From Nitrospirota bacterium (lineage in GTDB: Bacteria > Nitrospirota > UBA9217): a DNA stretch of 64,000 bases. The translations under genes and the position numbers were made by a program. The DNA lies in assembly GCA_029858565.1 (NCBI GenBank), contig JAOUEV010000008.1, positions 2,003 through 66,002 on the forward strand, written 5' to 3'. Below the pieces are notes generated by a model. The model ran no database searches, had not been told where the DNA came from, and worked only from the letters and a program-made list of their open reading frames with translations. Shown one piece after another: positions 36,840 to 48,001 of this stretch; the first letter of the stretch is position 1; every line of letters begins with the position of its first letter.

Positions 36840-37748
36840 ATGCCCGACATCACCCTCTCCATCAAGATCGACGTAGACACCGACCGCGGAACACGCATCG
36901 GCGTGCCGAACCTGCTGCGGCTTTTCGACGAATACGGGATCAAGGCGACATTCCTCTTTTCCCTCGGCCCGGACAACACCGGCCGCGCAATCAAGCGCAT
37001 CTTCCGTCCGGGGTTCTTCAGCAAGGTCTCGCGCACCAGCGTGGTCAGCACCTATGGCATCAGGACGCTCATGAACGGCGTGCTTTTGCCGGGTCCCCAT
37101 GTGGGCCGCAGGAACGAAGGCGTGATGCGACAAACCCGCGACCGGGGACACGAGGTTGGCATCCACTGCTACGATCACATACGGTGGCAGGACGGGCTGG
37201 CATCCATGAGCGCCTACGAAGTTCGGGAGGAGTTCGGCAAGGCGAAGAAGGAGTTCGAGCGCATCTTCGGCGAACCGGCGATGACGCACGGTGCAGCAGG
37301 ATGGCAAACGAACGCTTTCAACTGCTCTCTTGAGGATGAGGCAGAGCTGCTCTATGCCAGCGACTGCCGGGGCACACACCCCTTTTTCCCCCGCGTTGCC
37401 GGCACGGTCTTCAGGACCCTGCAGCTCCCCACGACCCTTCCCACGCTGGACGAACTGCTCGGAAGACCCGAATACCCTTACGACCGTATCGCTGACCATT
37501 ATTGTTCGCTCCTCAAGCCGGGTTTGAACGTTCTGACCATCCATGCTGAGATGGAAGGCATGCGTCATGAACCTTTTTTCCGGTCCCTCCTTGGCAGCCT
37601 GAAAGAAAAGAGCGTCACAATCGTCCTGTTGAAGGACGTTGCCGCCGGCCTTCTCAAAGACCGCTCCGCAATCCCGGTTTGCGACATGGTTGCGGGCACT
37701 GTTGACGGCCGCTCCGGTACCCTTGCGATCCAGGCGACCTGCGTCTAG
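36840..37748 (+). CDS. arnD: Undecaprenyl-Ara4FN deformylase (polysaccharide deacetylase family)
   Basis: KIDVDTDRGT..GVPNL, FSLGPDNTGR, HEVGIH..DH, TIHAEMEG. Confidence 0.88.
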   Translation: MPDITLSIKIDVDTDRGTRIGVPNLLRLFDEYGIKATFLFSLGPDNTGRAIKRIFRPGFFSKVSRTSVVSTYGIRTLMNGVLLPGPHVGRRNEGVMRQTRDRGHEVGIHCYDHIRWQDGLASMSAYEVREEFGKAKKEFERIFGEPAMTHGAAGWQTNAFNCSLEDEAELLYASDCRGTHPFFPRVAGTVFRTLQLPTTLPTLDELLGRPEYPYDRIADHYCSLLKPGLNVLTIHAEMEGMRHEPFFRSLLGSLKEKSVTIVLLKDVAAGLLKDRSAIPVCDMVAGTVDGRSGTLAIQATCV

Positions 37749-37858
37749 GCGCGAAAATTGCCCTCTTTTCCTAATTTATTTTGACAACCTCCGGCCCATC
37801 CGTTATAGTAGTACTAGGTCTTGTAACAAGAACACCCAACAACTGACCCTCAAAGGCA

Positions 37859-37951
37859 TCTCGCGCAAAGCCGCAAAGACGCCAAGAGGATCTTCCCAAA
37901 ACAGACCATCTTGCCTGTGCTTTCTTTGCGGCTTCGCGTCTTGGCGCGAGA
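37859..37951. repeat. REP-like inverted doublet, same family as 25611-25767
   Basis: TCTCGCGCAAAGCCGCAAAG ... CTTTGCGGC..GGCGCGAGA. Confidence 0.65.
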
Positions 37952-38009
37952 CCAGGCCGTTATCGTTGTCAGTTTTTTTACGCTCAGATCGGAAAAAGGA
38001 GACCCGTAC

Positions 38010-39074
38010 ATGATACCCACCGTCGAATGGAAAGACGGCATCGTCCGCATGCTCAACCAGACCAAGCTCCCGACCGAGGTGGTCTACGAGGATTGCAAGG
38101 ACTACCAGACCGTGGCGCGGGGCATCAAGGAGCTCTGGGTGCGCGGCGCGCCGGCCATCGGCGTCTCTGCTGCCATGGGCCTGGCACTCGGCGCCCGTCA
38201 GGTTGACGTGTCGGATTTCGATTCCTTCTGGCCCAAGTTCGAGGCGATCTGCGCAGAGATGGCGGCAACCCGCCCGACTGCAGTGAACCTGTTCTGGGCC
38301 ATCGAGCGGGTGAAGCAGTTCGTGCAGGCGAACAAGGACAAGAGCATCGACGCCATCCGTGAGCTCCTGGTAAAGGAGTCCCAGCGCATACACGACGAGG
38401 ACATCGCCGTGAACAAGCGCATCGGCGCCTACGGCGCTCCTTTCGTTTCCGACGACGACAACATCATCACCCACTGCAACGCCGGTTCCATTGCAACAGC
38501 GGGCTACGGCACTGCCGAGGGCGTGATGCGCGCGGCGGTAGAGGAAGGCAAGAAGATCCACGTCTATATGGACGAGACCCGGCCGGTACTCCAGGGAGCG
38601 CGGCTGACCGCCTGGGAACTGATGGAGGAGAAGATCCCCTGCACGCTCGTGACCGACAACATGGCGGGCTACCTCCTGTTCCACGACATGGTCGACCTGG
38701 CCATCGTGGGCGCAGACCGGATCGCAAAGAACGGCGATGTGGCAAACAAGATCGGCACCTATTCCCTTGCTGTCCTGTGCAAGGAGCACGGCATCCCGTT
38801 CTATGTTGCCGCTCCCTTCTCGACCATCGACTTCTCCACGGATTCGGGCGTTGATATTCCCATCGAGGAGCGGGACCCCCGCGAAGTGACCCACGTTTTC
38901 GGCAAGGTCCAGATCGCCCCCGACGGCGTGAACGTTCTCAATCCCGCCTTTGACGTGACCCCGGCGCGGTACATCACCGCCATCATCACGGAAAAAGGCG
39001 CTTTCCGGCCCCAGGACATCCACCACCTTTCCGATCCCAAGCGCGACACGGAACGTTTCCGCGTCCATCCGTAG
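38010..39074 (+). CDS. mtnA: S-methyl-5-thioribose-1-phosphate isomerase
   Basis: VRGAPAIG, TRPTAVNL, THCNAG, ETRPVLQGARLT, NPAFDVTP. Confidence 0.93.
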   Translation: MIPTVEWKDGIVRMLNQTKLPTEVVYEDCKDYQTVARGIKELWVRGAPAIGVSAAMGLALGARQVDVSDFDSFWPKFEAICAEMAATRPTAVNLFWAIERVKQFVQANKDKSIDAIRELLVKESQRIHDEDIAVNKRIGAYGAPFVSDDDNIITHCNAGSIATAGYGTAEGVMRAAVEEGKKIHVYMDETRPVLQGARLTAWELMEEKIPCTLVTDNMAGYLLFHDMVDLAIVGADRIAKNGDVANKIGTYSLAVLCKEHGIPFYVAAPFSTIDFSTDSGVDIPIEERDPREVTHVFGKVQIAPDGVNVLNPAFDVTPARYITAIITEKGAFRPQDIHHLSDPKRDTERFRVHP

Positions 39075-39159
39075 CAGCCCCGCAGTCCCCGGCCGTTCCC
39101 GCAGCCCTGGGAACGGCCAATTTGCCCGCGCCCCACAATCTTTTCCCGCGGAGGACCTG

Positions 39160-40251
39160 ATGAAACAGTCCATCGTTACACCTGTTCACACCCGGTCATC
39201 GGCAGTGATGACCGACTTTCAGGGCTGGCGCGTGCCCGCGCAGTACGGAGATCCGGCCGAGGAATATCACGCCGTCAGGAACAACTCCGGCCTCTTTGAT
39301 GTGTGCCACCTCGGAAGGCTGGAGGTGTCCGGTCCCGATGCACTCCAGGTTCTCCAGCCTCACTTTACCAGGAACATCGGCATTCTCGACGAAGGCAGCG
39401 CGCTCTTCGGCCTCCTGTGCAACGACCAGGGAGGGATCCTCGACGCGGTACTCCTTTTCCGCCTATTCAGCGAAAGCGCGGATCCGCGCTTTCTTGTCAC
39501 AACCAGCCCGGCTGCTTTTGACCGAGTCAGAAAGCAGCTCTCTTCTCGGGCCTACGATCGTACCAGGATCACCGATACCACCGAATCGACCGCGCAGTTC
39601 GCTCTCCAGGGCCCCGGCTCCGATGCCGTGCTTGAAGCTGCGTCCGGATCTTCGTTCAAGCGGCTCAAGCGCAAGAAGCTCAAGAAATGCGAGATCAACG
39701 GCGTTCCGGTCCTGGTCTCGCGCACCGGGTTCACCGGCGAGCGGGGTTTCGAGCTATTTCTTCCTGCTGACAAGGCCGCGGACATCTGGACGTCGCTCCT
39801 GTCCGGCGGCAAGGCCCACGGTATGCTGCCCTGCGGCATGACCTGCCGCGAAATGCTGCGGATTGAAGCGGGCTACTGCCTCTCGGGAAGCGAACTTGAC
39901 GGGACAAGGAACCCGGCGGAAGCCGGTCTCATGGCTTTTGTGGACCTGAATGCAGGGTTCCTTGCCAGGGACGCCGTCGCGGCATTCAAGACCTCTCCGC
40001 CCGCTTACCGGCTCATGGGATTCGAAGTCTTTGACAAGGGGATCCCCCGTCAGGGAGCGACCATCTTCTCCGAGGTCAAGGAAGTGGGCATCGTGACGAG
40101 CGGGATACACTCCATCTCCCGGCGGAAGGATATCGGCATGGGATATGCGCTCGAGCGCTACAGCCAGCCAGGACAGGAGATCGAGGTCGAGATCAAGGAC
40201 CGGGAGGTTGCGGCCAGGATCCTGGCAATGCCATTTTACCGGAAAAAGTAG
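39160..40251 (+). CDS. gcvT: Glycine cleavage T-protein / aminomethyltransferase family
   Basis: GLFDVCH, SRTGFTGERGFE, LRIEAG motifs. Confidence 0.75.
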   Translation: MKQSIVTPVHTRSSAVMTDFQGWRVPAQYGDPAEEYHAVRNNSGLFDVCHLGRLEVSGPDALQVLQPHFTRNIGILDEGSALFGLLCNDQGGILDAVLLFRLFSESADPRFLVTTSPAAFDRVRKQLSSRAYDRTRITDTTESTAQFALQGPGSDAVLEAASGSSFKRLKRKKLKKCEINGVPVLVSRTGFTGERGFELFLPADKAADIWTSLLSGGKAHGMLPCGMTCREMLRIEAGYCLSGSELDGTRNPAEAGLMAFVDLNAGFLARDAVAAFKTSPPAYRLMGFEVFDKGIPRQGATIFSEVKEVGIVTSGIHSISRRKDIGMGYALERYSQPGQEIEVEIKDREVAARILAMPFYRKK

Positions 40252-40270
40252 CCCGCGCCGTAATGCTAAA

Positions 40271-40301
40271 AAAAGCCCGGTTCTCATCGAACCGGGCTTT
40301 T
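40271..40301. terminator. Bidirectional intrinsic terminator between convergent genes
   Basis: AAAAGCCCGGTTC-tcatc-GAACCGGGCTTTT. Confidence 0.8.
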
Positions 40302-40318
40302 CCGTTCCAGACGGGACA

Positions 40319-41110
40319 TCAGAACTGCTTGGTAAAACTCAGCGTGTACAGATGGGTCTTGAATCCCGGCGTCTGCTCATCGGTTTTTTTCGCTTCCTGC
40401 AGTACCGAGCTGAGGGTCAGTCCCCAGGGAGTGTAAATGAGATCTGCGCCGTAGGATGTGGTCGTGTACGCGGGGACGTCGGTCTCGAAACTGTTCCCCT
40501 GGCTGTCGGTTATCGTCATGGTCCCCTGCATGCTCTGGGCCATGGCAAAAGGCGACAGGTTGAAATCTCCGAGCTTCACGCCGAGCTGCAGACCGGCCTG
40601 GGCGCCGTAATAAAATCCGAACAAGGTCGATGAATAGGTCTGGCCCATGATGGTCGTTTCCATGGAACCGGGAGTCATGATCATTGCGGGACCCAGGAAG
40701 ATGATCGTGCTCAGGATATCGCCTTTATAGGGCTGGACTTCCAGGTTCGCCGAGAACGGCATGTTCATCAAGGTCATGGTTGCATCTGAGCCTGTCGTCA
40801 GCGGATCGGTACTCTTGAATTCGGCGTTCATGAACAGGAAACCGAATGCGATGTCGCCCGCAAAATGCTCGCTGAACGCGGTTCTGCCGACAAAATCGAT
40901 ACCGCCGCCTTTCATGTCCATGCCCTGGCCTTCAATGGTCAGATAGGTGAATCGGAACTTTCCTTCCCCCTTGCCTGCCTCAAAATAGGGCGAGGCGATC
41001 GGCGGAGGCGCTACCGAAAAATTGGTCTGTTCGGCCCGCGCCGGAGCGCTTGCCAGGATGACGCAGAGCGTGAACAACAACACCGGCAGCAGGATCTTAT
41101 GATTCCTCAT
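40319..41110 (-). CDS. Putative outer-membrane beta-barrel protein
   Basis: Signal peptide, alternating beta-strand pattern, C-terminal Phe (LSFTKQF). Confidence 0.7.
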   Translation of the reverse strand: MRNHKILLPVLLFTLCVILASAPARAEQTNFSVAPPPIASPYFEAGKGEGKFRFTYLTIEGQGMDMKGGGIDFVGRTAFSEHFAGDIAFGFLFMNAEFKSTDPLTTGSDATMTLMNMPFSANLEVQPYKGDILSTIIFLGPAMIMTPGSMETTIMGQTYSSTLFGFYYGAQAGLQLGVKLGDFNLSPFAMAQSMQGTMTITDSQGNSFETDVPAYTTTSYGADLIYTPWGLTLSSVLQEAKKTDEQTPGFKTHLYTLSFTKQF

Positions 41111-41362
41111 ATTCAGTACCCCCTTTCGTGCGTTTCCAACTCGTCACGATTATTCGAAATATTCCGATCTTCGGTCACCGCCACACACATCCTGCGGGAC
41201 TCGCGGGAATCGCTATCCGGCTCAAGGCTATATCTATATATAACAAATTTCGGCGAAGAACTTCCCTCTTTTTTTCGTTGATCCTGATGATCCTTTTCGG
41301 GGAGCGACCGCACCGGAGCCAAACCGCTTGTTTTAGGAATTTGCGGGTTGTATATTAGAAAT

Positions 41363-43798
41363 ATGGAAACTAAAAAGACCGTTATCCCGGTAAAAGGAAT
41401 GACCTGCGTCAACTGCGCCGCAGCCATCCAGAAGGACATCTCCCGGCTCGCCGGCGTCATGAACGCTAACGTGAATTTCGCCAACGAGAAAGCGGTGGTC
41501 GAGTTCGATCCCGCGTCCGTGGGCCTGCCCAAGTTCATTGCCACGATCAACGAGCTCGGGTATAAGGCCGTGACCGAGACCGTGACCATCCCGGTCATTG
41601 ACCTTGACGCGACCCGCGTACCGGAGCTCGAACAGATCGCCGCGGGGATCGACGGCGTCATAAAAAGCCGGGTCAACGCCGGGGCAGGCTCCGTAGACAT
41701 CGAATACGTCCCCGGCCAGATAAGCCTGCGCGACATCCGCCGGACGATCCAGAAGGAAGGGTTCCGGCTTTTTGAACAGGCAGAAGGCCGCTCAGCTCTC
41801 GATATCGAGAAAGAAGCGCGTGAGCGGGAACTTTCCGAGCTCAAGACCAAGCTGGTCATCAGCGGCGTGCTTGCGGGGCTGGTGATGATCGGAAGCATGC
41901 AGGACATGTTCCCGGTCATTTCATTCCTTCCCCGCCGCACCATGTGGTTCGTTCTCCTGGCGCTCACCGCGCCGGTGCAGTTCTGGGCCGGCAGACATTT
42001 CTACCAGAACGCCTGGGCGTCGCTCAAGCACGGCAGTTCCAATATGAACACCCTGGTGGTTGTCGGCACCTCGGCTGCCTTCGGGTACAGCGCGGTCCTG
42101 ACGTTCTTCCCCGACCTCCTGGGCCATACCGCGGGCCACGGCGGGGTCTACTACGATACCTCGGCCACGATCATAACGCTCATCCTCTTCGGAAAGTTCA
42201 TGGAAGCACGCGCCAAGAGCCGGGCGGGAGAAGCTATCAAGAAGCTCATGGGCCTTCAGCCCCGCACTGCGCGGGTCCTGCGCGAGGGAGCGGAGCGCGA
42301 CATCCCGATCGAAGAGGTCGAGGCAGGCGATCTTATCATCGTGCGGCCCGGTGAGAAAGTCCCGGTGGACGGCGTCATCCGGAGCGGTTCCTCCTCCCTG
42401 GACGAGTCCATGCTCACCGGCGAAAGCCTGCCGGTTGATAAGCGGGCCGGGGATACGGTGATCGGCGCGACCCTGAACAAGACCGGATCCTTCACTTTCG
42501 AAGCGACCAAAGTGGGCATGGACACCATGCTGTCCCAGATCATCCGCATGGTCCAGGAGGCCCAGGGCTCCAAAGCCCCGATCCAGCGGCTTGCCGATTA
42601 CATCTCCAGCATCTTCGTGCCCACGGTCATCGGGATCAGCATCGTTACCTTCCTGGCCTGGTACTTCCTTGGACCTGTTGAGAACCGGTTCACCATGGCC
42701 CTGGTGAACTTCATCGCGGTCCTGATCATTGCCTGCCCCTGCGCCATGGGCCTGGCAACACCCACAGCCATCATGGTCGGCACCGGCAAGGGTGCCGAGC
42801 ACGGCATCCTGTTCAAAAACGCCGAAAGTCTCGAGCGGGCCCAGAAGATCGACACCATCGTGCTGGACAAGACCGGCACCCTGACGCGCGGCGAGCCCAA
42901 GGTGACCGATATCGTGCACTCGGGGTTCGACGAACGGGAGATCCTCTCACTTGCGGCGTCCGCGGAAAAGGGCTCCGAACACCCCCTGGGTGAGGCGATC
43001 GTTCGTGGCGCTGTCGAACGCGGCATATCACCGGACAGCGCGGACGAATTCGAGGCCCTGCCCGGTCATGGCATCCGAGCCATGGTCAGAGGCAAAGAGA
43101 TCGTTCTCGGCAATGAGAAGCTCTTCTCTGACCGCGGCATGGACCTTGGCACGCTCAGGACCGATGGGGAGCAGCTCTCCTCCCAGGGAAAAACACCCAT
43201 GTTCCTGGCCATTGACAATAGACCTGTGGGTATCATCGCGGTCGCGGATACGGTCAAGGAACATTCCCGTGAAGCGGTCGCCCGGCTCAAGGAAATGGGA
43301 CTTGAGGTCGTGATGCTCACCGGTGACAATCGCCGGACCGCCGAAGCCATCGCAAAGGAGCTGAATATCGACCGGGTGCTGGCAGAGGTTCTGCCCCAGG
43401 ATAAAATGGACAATGTGAAGAAGCTTCAGGCTGAGGGGCGGGTGGTGGCCATGGTAGGCGACGGGATCAATGACGCGCCCGCCCTTACCCAGGCGGACGT
43501 GGGCATCGCCATAGGAACAGGCACCGACGTGGCCATCGAGGCCTCGGACGTCACGCTCATCAAGGACGACCTCCGCGCTGTGGCAGACGCGATCAGGCTC
43601 TCAAAACGCACCATGGCGACGATCAAGCAGAACCTATTCTGGGCGTTCTTCTACAATATCATCGGAATACCGGTTGCCGCAGGGGCGCTCTACCCCTTCT
43701 TCCGCCTCCTGCTGAACCCGATGATCGCCTCGGCTGCCATGGCCTTCAGCTCCGTCAGCGTGGTGACCAACTCGCTCAGACTGAAGCGCTTCAGGTAG
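41363..43798 (+). CDS. copA: Copper-translocating P1B-type ATPase
   Basis: [37 protein letters not shown] and MAFSS motifs. Confidence 0.93.
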   Translation: METKKTVIPVKGMTCVNCAAAIQKDISRLAGVMNANVNFANEKAVVEFDPASVGLPKFIATINELGYKAVTETVTIPVIDLDATRVPELEQIAAGIDGVIKSRVNAGAGSVDIEYVPGQISLRDIRRTIQKEGFRLFEQAEGRSALDIEKEARERELSELKTKLVISGVLAGLVMIGSMQDMFPVISFLPRRTMWFVLLALTAPVQFWAGRHFYQNAWASLKHGSSNMNTLVVVGTSAAFGYSAVLTFFPDLLGHTAGHGGVYYDTSATIITLILFGKFMEARAKSRAGEAIKKLMGLQPRTARVLREGAERDIPIEEVEAGDLIIVRPGEKVPVDGVIRSGSSSLDESMLTGESLPVDKRAGDTVIGATLNKTGSFTFEATKVGMDTMLSQIIRMVQEAQGSKAPIQRLADYISSIFVPTVIGISIVTFLAWYFLGPVENRFTMALVNFIAVLIIACPCAMGLATPTAIMVGTGKGAEHGILFKNAESLERAQKIDTIVLDKTGTLTRGEPKVTDIVHSGFDEREILSLAASAEKGSEHPLGEAIVRGAVERGISPDSADEFEALPGHGIRAMVRGKEIVLGNEKLFSDRGMDLGTLRTDGEQLSSQGKTPMFLAIDNRPVGIIAVADTVKEHSREAVARLKEMGLEVVMLTGDNRRTAEAIAKELNIDRVLAEVLPQDKMDNVKKLQAEGRVVAMVGDGINDAPALTQADVGIAIGTGTDVAIEASDVTLIKDDLRAVADAIRLSKRTMATIKQNLFWAFFYNIIGIPVAAGALYPFFRLLLNPMIASAAMAFSSVSVVTNSLRLKRFR

Positions 43799-43963
43799 AT
43801 AAGTAAACTCTGAGATCCGCAGATTCCAAAAGTAGGCGCTTCTAAGCGACACAGATTACGCTGATTCAATCACCGAACAACATCATGTTGTTACGACCAA
43901 ATCTGCGTTAATCGGCGTAATCTGTGGATACATTTCTTTTCGCCTCTGCGGTAAAATAAGCTC

Positions 43964-44431
43964 ATGAAGTTCATTGCCGATGCCATGCTGGGCAAGCTCG
44001 AGAAACGGCTCAGGCTGCTCGGGTTCGATGTCCTCTATGATGCAGCCCTGCCGGACAATGAGATCATCATGCTTTCCCGGGAATCAGGCAGAACGATCCT
44101 GACACGGGACACAGGACTGGCCTCCCGGCCGCTGGCCGAGCATCACCTGCTCATTCTGAGCGATCATGTCAACGAGCAGATCGCCCAGGTTCTCAGCGCC
44201 TTCCCCGCTCCCCCTGCGGAGGAAGCGCTCACGCGCTGCTCTATGTGCAACGAAACTCTTCTTCCCATCGAGTTGAAAGATGCAGCCGACCGCATTCCAC
44301 AGTTCATCGCCCAATCGAAAAGGACCTATCTTTCCTGTCCGGTCTGCGAAAGGGTCTACTGGAGAGGGACCCATGTCCGGCGGTTGGAAGCATCCGGGAA
44401 CCTGCTGCATAAAAAAAGCCGGCGTCCCTGA
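43964..44431 (+). CDS. Mut7-C RNase domain protein (DUF82)
   Basis: FIADAMLGKL..LRLLGFD, ILTRD, RCSMCN..CPVCERVYWRGTH. Confidence 0.85.
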   Translation: MKFIADAMLGKLEKRLRLLGFDVLYDAALPDNEIIMLSRESGRTILTRDTGLASRPLAEHHLLILSDHVNEQIAQVLSAFPAPPAEEALTRCSMCNETLLPIELKDAADRIPQFIAQSKRTYLSCPVCERVYWRGTHVRRLEASGNLLHKKSRRP

Positions 44432-44445
44432 GGATGCAGGCTTTT
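44414..44445. terminator. Bidirectional terminator-like hairpin
   Basis: AAAAGCC.GC.TCC..GGATGC.GGCTTTT between convergent genes. Confidence 0.6.
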
Positions 44446-44469
44446 GCTCTGTTCTGGTTTCAACGACCT

Positions 44470-45006
44470 TTAGATGAAATGATAGGTGAACCCGAAATCA
44501 AGAGACGTGACCTTGCCGTCCTCATCCGTACCCGGGGTGTCGAAGGTGATATTTCTCCTTGTCAGTCCCGCGTTGAAGGACAGTTCGGGGAATAGATAAA
44601 TGTCCATCCCGATACCGAACTGTGTGCCAGTCCCGTTCACGCTCGCACTGCCGGTCTCAAGAGTATACCTGCCGAATCCCACGAGCACGTAAGGTTCGAT
44701 ATTGCTGCCGGACAGCGGCAGGTTGAGCTTCAAGTCCAGGGTCCCGGCCTTCAGGTCCGTTGACCCGCCTCCGGTCCTGTCATGCTCCGTCTTCCAGATG
44801 GCGCCCTCAAGGGCAAGATAACGGTTCAGACCGAAACCCGCGCGGAGCCCCAGTCCATTGCCCGCATCCAGGACCTCAGGGGAGTTGATCTCCCCGCTGA
44901 TATCATTGAACAGCATATTCACGCCAAGATAGAATCCGCTCTTTGCCGACGCAGGTGCGGCGATCAGCAAACAGGCGAGTACCGCCAGCATAAGGGTCTT
45001 TTTCAT
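44470..45006 (-). CDS. Outer-membrane beta-barrel protein (OmpA-like membrane domain)
   Basis: Signal peptide, GFYLG start, PYVLVGFG strand, C-terminal YHFI. Confidence 0.8.
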   Translation of the reverse strand: MKKTLMLAVLACLLIAAPASAKSGFYLGVNMLFNDISGEINSPEVLDAGNGLGLRAGFGLNRYLALEGAIWKTEHDRTGGGSTDLKAGTLDLKLNLPLSGSNIEPYVLVGFGRYTLETGSASVNGTGTQFGIGMDIYLFPELSFNAGLTRRNITFDTPGTDEDGKVTSLDFGFTYHFI

Positions 45007-45035
45007 GTTGATTCTCCTTTCAGGATAATGCGTGA

Positions 45036-45977
45036 TTATTGAACCGCTCCCGAAGGCTGCGTTGTTTCCAGCGGCCGCTCGGTCCCTGGAGATGCTGCGT
45101 TCACATCCCCGGAAGGCGCGACCGTGGACGGCGCTGTTGTTGTTGTGGCCTGGGGCTGGGAAATGGCCGGTTTTGGCTTTCGTGGCTTCGGCCGTTCTAT
45201 TTCAACTTTCGGAGCGATGATGCCTGCTGCGGTCACTGCTAGGTCGCGGACCACGGCATGCATCGGCATATTGAGCGCAAGTTCCTTGCCGTTGAGCTGA
45301 AGTTTTGCCGCGCCTGCGCTCGCAAAACTGACCAGAAACCGCTCATCTGCGCTCCAGGTAACGGTTTCACCTTTCTTCAGCACGGCTTTTTTCTGCGGAC
45401 TCGCATCGGTCCGTACCAGGACCCATACATCCTCCAATGCAGTCACTTCAAGATAGAGCTTGTCCTGCCTTACCGTTGCCGTTGAGGTGGAAACGACCGG
45501 TGCGGTATCAGACGGAGCAGTATGCAGGGGAACGGACACTTGCGGCTCCGAATGGATCCCGGGAAGGATGGCAAAAACAAGACTTGCGCAGACAATGACC
45601 ACCACGGCGCCCCACAGGTAGGTATCGAAACCGGTCCCGCTGGAATCATCGGCGATCCGGTCGCTCGGGGCGGCATCCTTCCTGGGCGGCGCGGAGTGTT
45701 CCTGTTTCGGCGCTCCGACGGCCGCGGCGGAAACCGGCGCCGAGGGCGCCCGCAGCTCAGCATACCGCCGCACGACCTCTTCCTCGGGCACTCCGAGAAA
45801 CCGCGCGTAGTTCTTCAAAAATCCTTTGACAAAGACCTCGCCCGGCAGTTTTGAGAAATCCTCGTTCTCGATCGCCGAGAGATAAGCGTAGCTGATCCTG
45901 GTCTGCTGGGCCGCCTCCCGCAGATCTAGGCCGCGCGTTTCCCGCGCGGTGCGCAGATATGTTCCTAGTGTTCCCAT
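45036..45977 (-). CDS. rodZ: RodZ-like protein (HTH + TM + DUF4115)
   Basis: LRTARETRGL..QTRIS..AIENEDF..VFVKGFLKNYARFLG; single TM; WSADERF..NGK. Confidence 0.8.
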   Translation of the reverse strand: MGTLGTYLRTARETRGLDLREAAQQTRISYAYLSAIENEDFSKLPGEVFVKGFLKNYARFLGVPEEEVVRRYAELRAPSAPVSAAAVGAPKQEHSAPPRKDAAPSDRIADDSSGTGFDTYLWGAVVVIVCASLVFAILPGIHSEPQVSVPLHTAPSDTAPVVSTSTATVRQDKLYLEVTALEDVWVLVRTDASPQKKAVLKKGETVTWSADERFLVSFASAGAAKLQLNGKELALNMPMHAVVRDLAVTAAGIIAPKVEIERPKPRKPKPAISQPQATTTTAPSTVAPSGDVNAASPGTERPLETTQPSGAVQ

Positions 45978-45992
45978 GGCCGCTCCTCGGCG

Positions 45993-46772
45993 CTACCTGT
46001 TCTTCTTGGTCTTGCTTTCGTCCTTCTCAAGCGTCGTCACGTAGTCCTGCGCCGTTCTGGCCATTTCGGTCTTTGGCGCAAGTTCGGTCACTTTTCTGAA
46101 CTCGGAAATCGCGGCCCGTTTGTTGCCGGACTTCAGATGCGCCATGGCGAGCGCAAACCGCATGTCCGGATTCTTTGGGGACAAGGCCGCGCCCTCCTGC
46201 AGTTCCGCGAGGGCCTCCCGCACATTCCCTGCGGCGATCATGGCCATGCCGAGCTTATATACCGCTATATCCTGATTCACGAGGCGCTTCGATTCCAGGT
46301 AGGCTTCAGTGGCCTTGCCGTATTCCCGCTGTGCCATGAACATATCACCCAAGTTCAGATAGGGAACATGAGGAGTAGAATAGATCTTGTTCTCCAGGGC
46401 CTTTTGAAAGGACTTTTGCGCGTTCTTCCATTTTTGCTGTTTCGTATAGATGACACCCAGAGCATTATGGGCTTCCGAAAATTCCGAGTCGATATCCAGG
46501 GCTTCCTCGTAAAACTTCTCCGCATCCGCATATTTGCCCATCATATCGTTCACAACGCCAAGGGCATAGTACGACAGCTTATACTTTGAATCGGTCTTGA
46601 TCGAGCGCTGGAATTCCACCAATGCATGTTCGAAATCCCGCATCTGCAGATAGTTTATTCCCCGGTCGTAATACCCCTGGGCCATCTTCGTTTTTGCAGA
46701 GAGTTCGTTCGTTCCCGTGCTGGCGCAGGCGGAAAGCAACAGGAGCAGAATCGGCAATAGTGTTCGTATCAT
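45993..46772 (-). CDS. TPR lipoprotein, PilF/PilW/Tgl-like
   Basis: Lipobox LSA-C, multiple TPR repeats, NNLG-like HNALG, YSTPHVPYLNLG; adjacent to rodZ. Confidence 0.75.
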   Translation of the reverse strand: MIRTLLPILLLLLSACASTGTNELSAKTKMAQGYYDRGINYLQMRDFEHALVEFQRSIKTDSKYKLSYYALGVVNDMMGKYADAEKFYEEALDIDSEFSEAHNALGVIYTKQQKWKNAQKSFQKALENKIYSTPHVPYLNLGDMFMAQREYGKATEAYLESKRLVNQDIAVYKLGMAMIAAGNVREALAELQEGAALSPKNPDMRFALAMAHLKSGNKRAAISEFRKVTELAPKTEMARTAQDYVTTLEKDESKTKKNR

Positions 46773-46789
46773 GAATATGTGCGCTCCTT

Positions 46790-47938
46790 TCAGAATGATG
46801 CCAACAACCGGGCCAAAGCTTCCTTGTCACGGGTGACCACGCCTGATGCAGGCTGAGCCACCCTTACTGTTTTCGGTTTCGGCGGCTTCACCACACCTTG
46901 TTTTATCGCTTCCTCAAATAGAGACCGCGGCTTCCGGTCGTGCTGCTCAACTTCGAATTCAACAGCGACCTCATCCTCGGTCTCCTCCTCCCGGACCGGC
47001 GGTGACACAGCTTTCGTGGCCGCTGGCTTCTTCTTTGCCGGTACTTTCGGCGGTGACGGCATCGTTGCCCGCGGTTCAGGTTTCTTCTCGGCCACCTGAT
47101 CTTCAGGATGCTCCAGCACGGGAGGTTCTTCCAGTACCGGCGGTGCATAGTGCTCCGCGGGAGAATGCGGCACCGGTGGTGTGTAACCCTGTTCAGGCTG
47201 ATACGTGTGAGCAACAGACTGCTTCGGAGGATATGCCTCCGCCGCCGGCGGTTGCTGTGGTTGAGCATGCGTCGGCGCTGGCGGATATCCTGCCGGGTAT
47301 TGCTGTGGAGGATGTTGATTGATCGGCTGCGCCGTTTGTGGAGGCATCGGCTGATATGCAGGCGGCTGCTGAGGGGCCGGTGTATACGGCGTGATCGGCG
47401 GCGTCTGCTGTATCTGCCCCTGCTGGGGAACCGGCTGCGGAGCGGGCGCGGGCGAAGCAGGTACTTCCACCTGCTCGATCACGGACGGAGCCTGTGGTTC
47501 TGACGCCGCGGCCGTCCGGGGCGCCGCAGCAGCCACCGGCTTTTCCTCCGGCGCAGTGCTTTTATAACCGAAGATCAGCTGTTCTTCGATCCAGTGGTTC
47601 CGATCGTCGACAGCCATGCCGCTCACGTTGATCTCATCGAGAAGAAAACCCATCTCTTCGGCAAAGTTCCTTGCCTCGTCCTCAACGTCCTGCTGCGCTT
47701 CAAAGGGAAAAGGGTTCGACGTGTAGGTGTAGAAGAACTTTTGGTCAACGTGGGTCAGATAAAGCCCGATGAAAGCGGAAAGGTTCGGTCCCTCGCTGAA
47801 AAAGAGGATATAGCACCGAGCTTCTTCGCTCGCATAGCCCGGCATGGCCACGGGATGGCTGTTCATCGAGTAAAGGATCTTGAAGATGTTCCGTTCCTTG
47901 ACCTTCAGATCCTTCAGGCTTTCATTGATGGTGAACAT
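46790..47938 (-). CDS. Hypothetical protein with globular N-domain and long Pro/Gln/Ala-rich tail
   Basis: 382-aa ORF co-oriented in operon; conserved-looking C-terminus EALARLLASF. Confidence 0.7.
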   Translation of the reverse strand: MFTINESLKDLKVKERNIFKILYSMNSHPVAMPGYASEEARCYILFFSEGPNLSAFIGLYLTHVDQKFFYTYTSNPFPFEAQQDVEDEARNFAEEMGFLLDEINVSGMAVDDRNHWIEEQLIFGYKSTAPEEKPVAAAAPRTAAASEPQAPSVIEQVEVPASPAPAPQPVPQQGQIQQTPPITPYTPAPQQPPAYQPMPPQTAQPINQHPPQQYPAGYPPAPTHAQPQQPPAAEAYPPKQSVAHTYQPEQGYTPPVPHSPAEHYAPPVLEEPPVLEHPEDQVAEKKPEPRATMPSPPKVPAKKKPAATKAVSPPVREEETEDEVAVEFEVEQHDRKPRSLFEEAIKQGVVKPPKPKTVRVAQPASGVVTRDKEALARLLASF

Positions 47939-48001
47939 GGGCCTACCTAAGTGGGAAAAGCATCCGCGCCGGACAGAGTCGCTCCGTTCCGGTCAGCGGT
48001 G

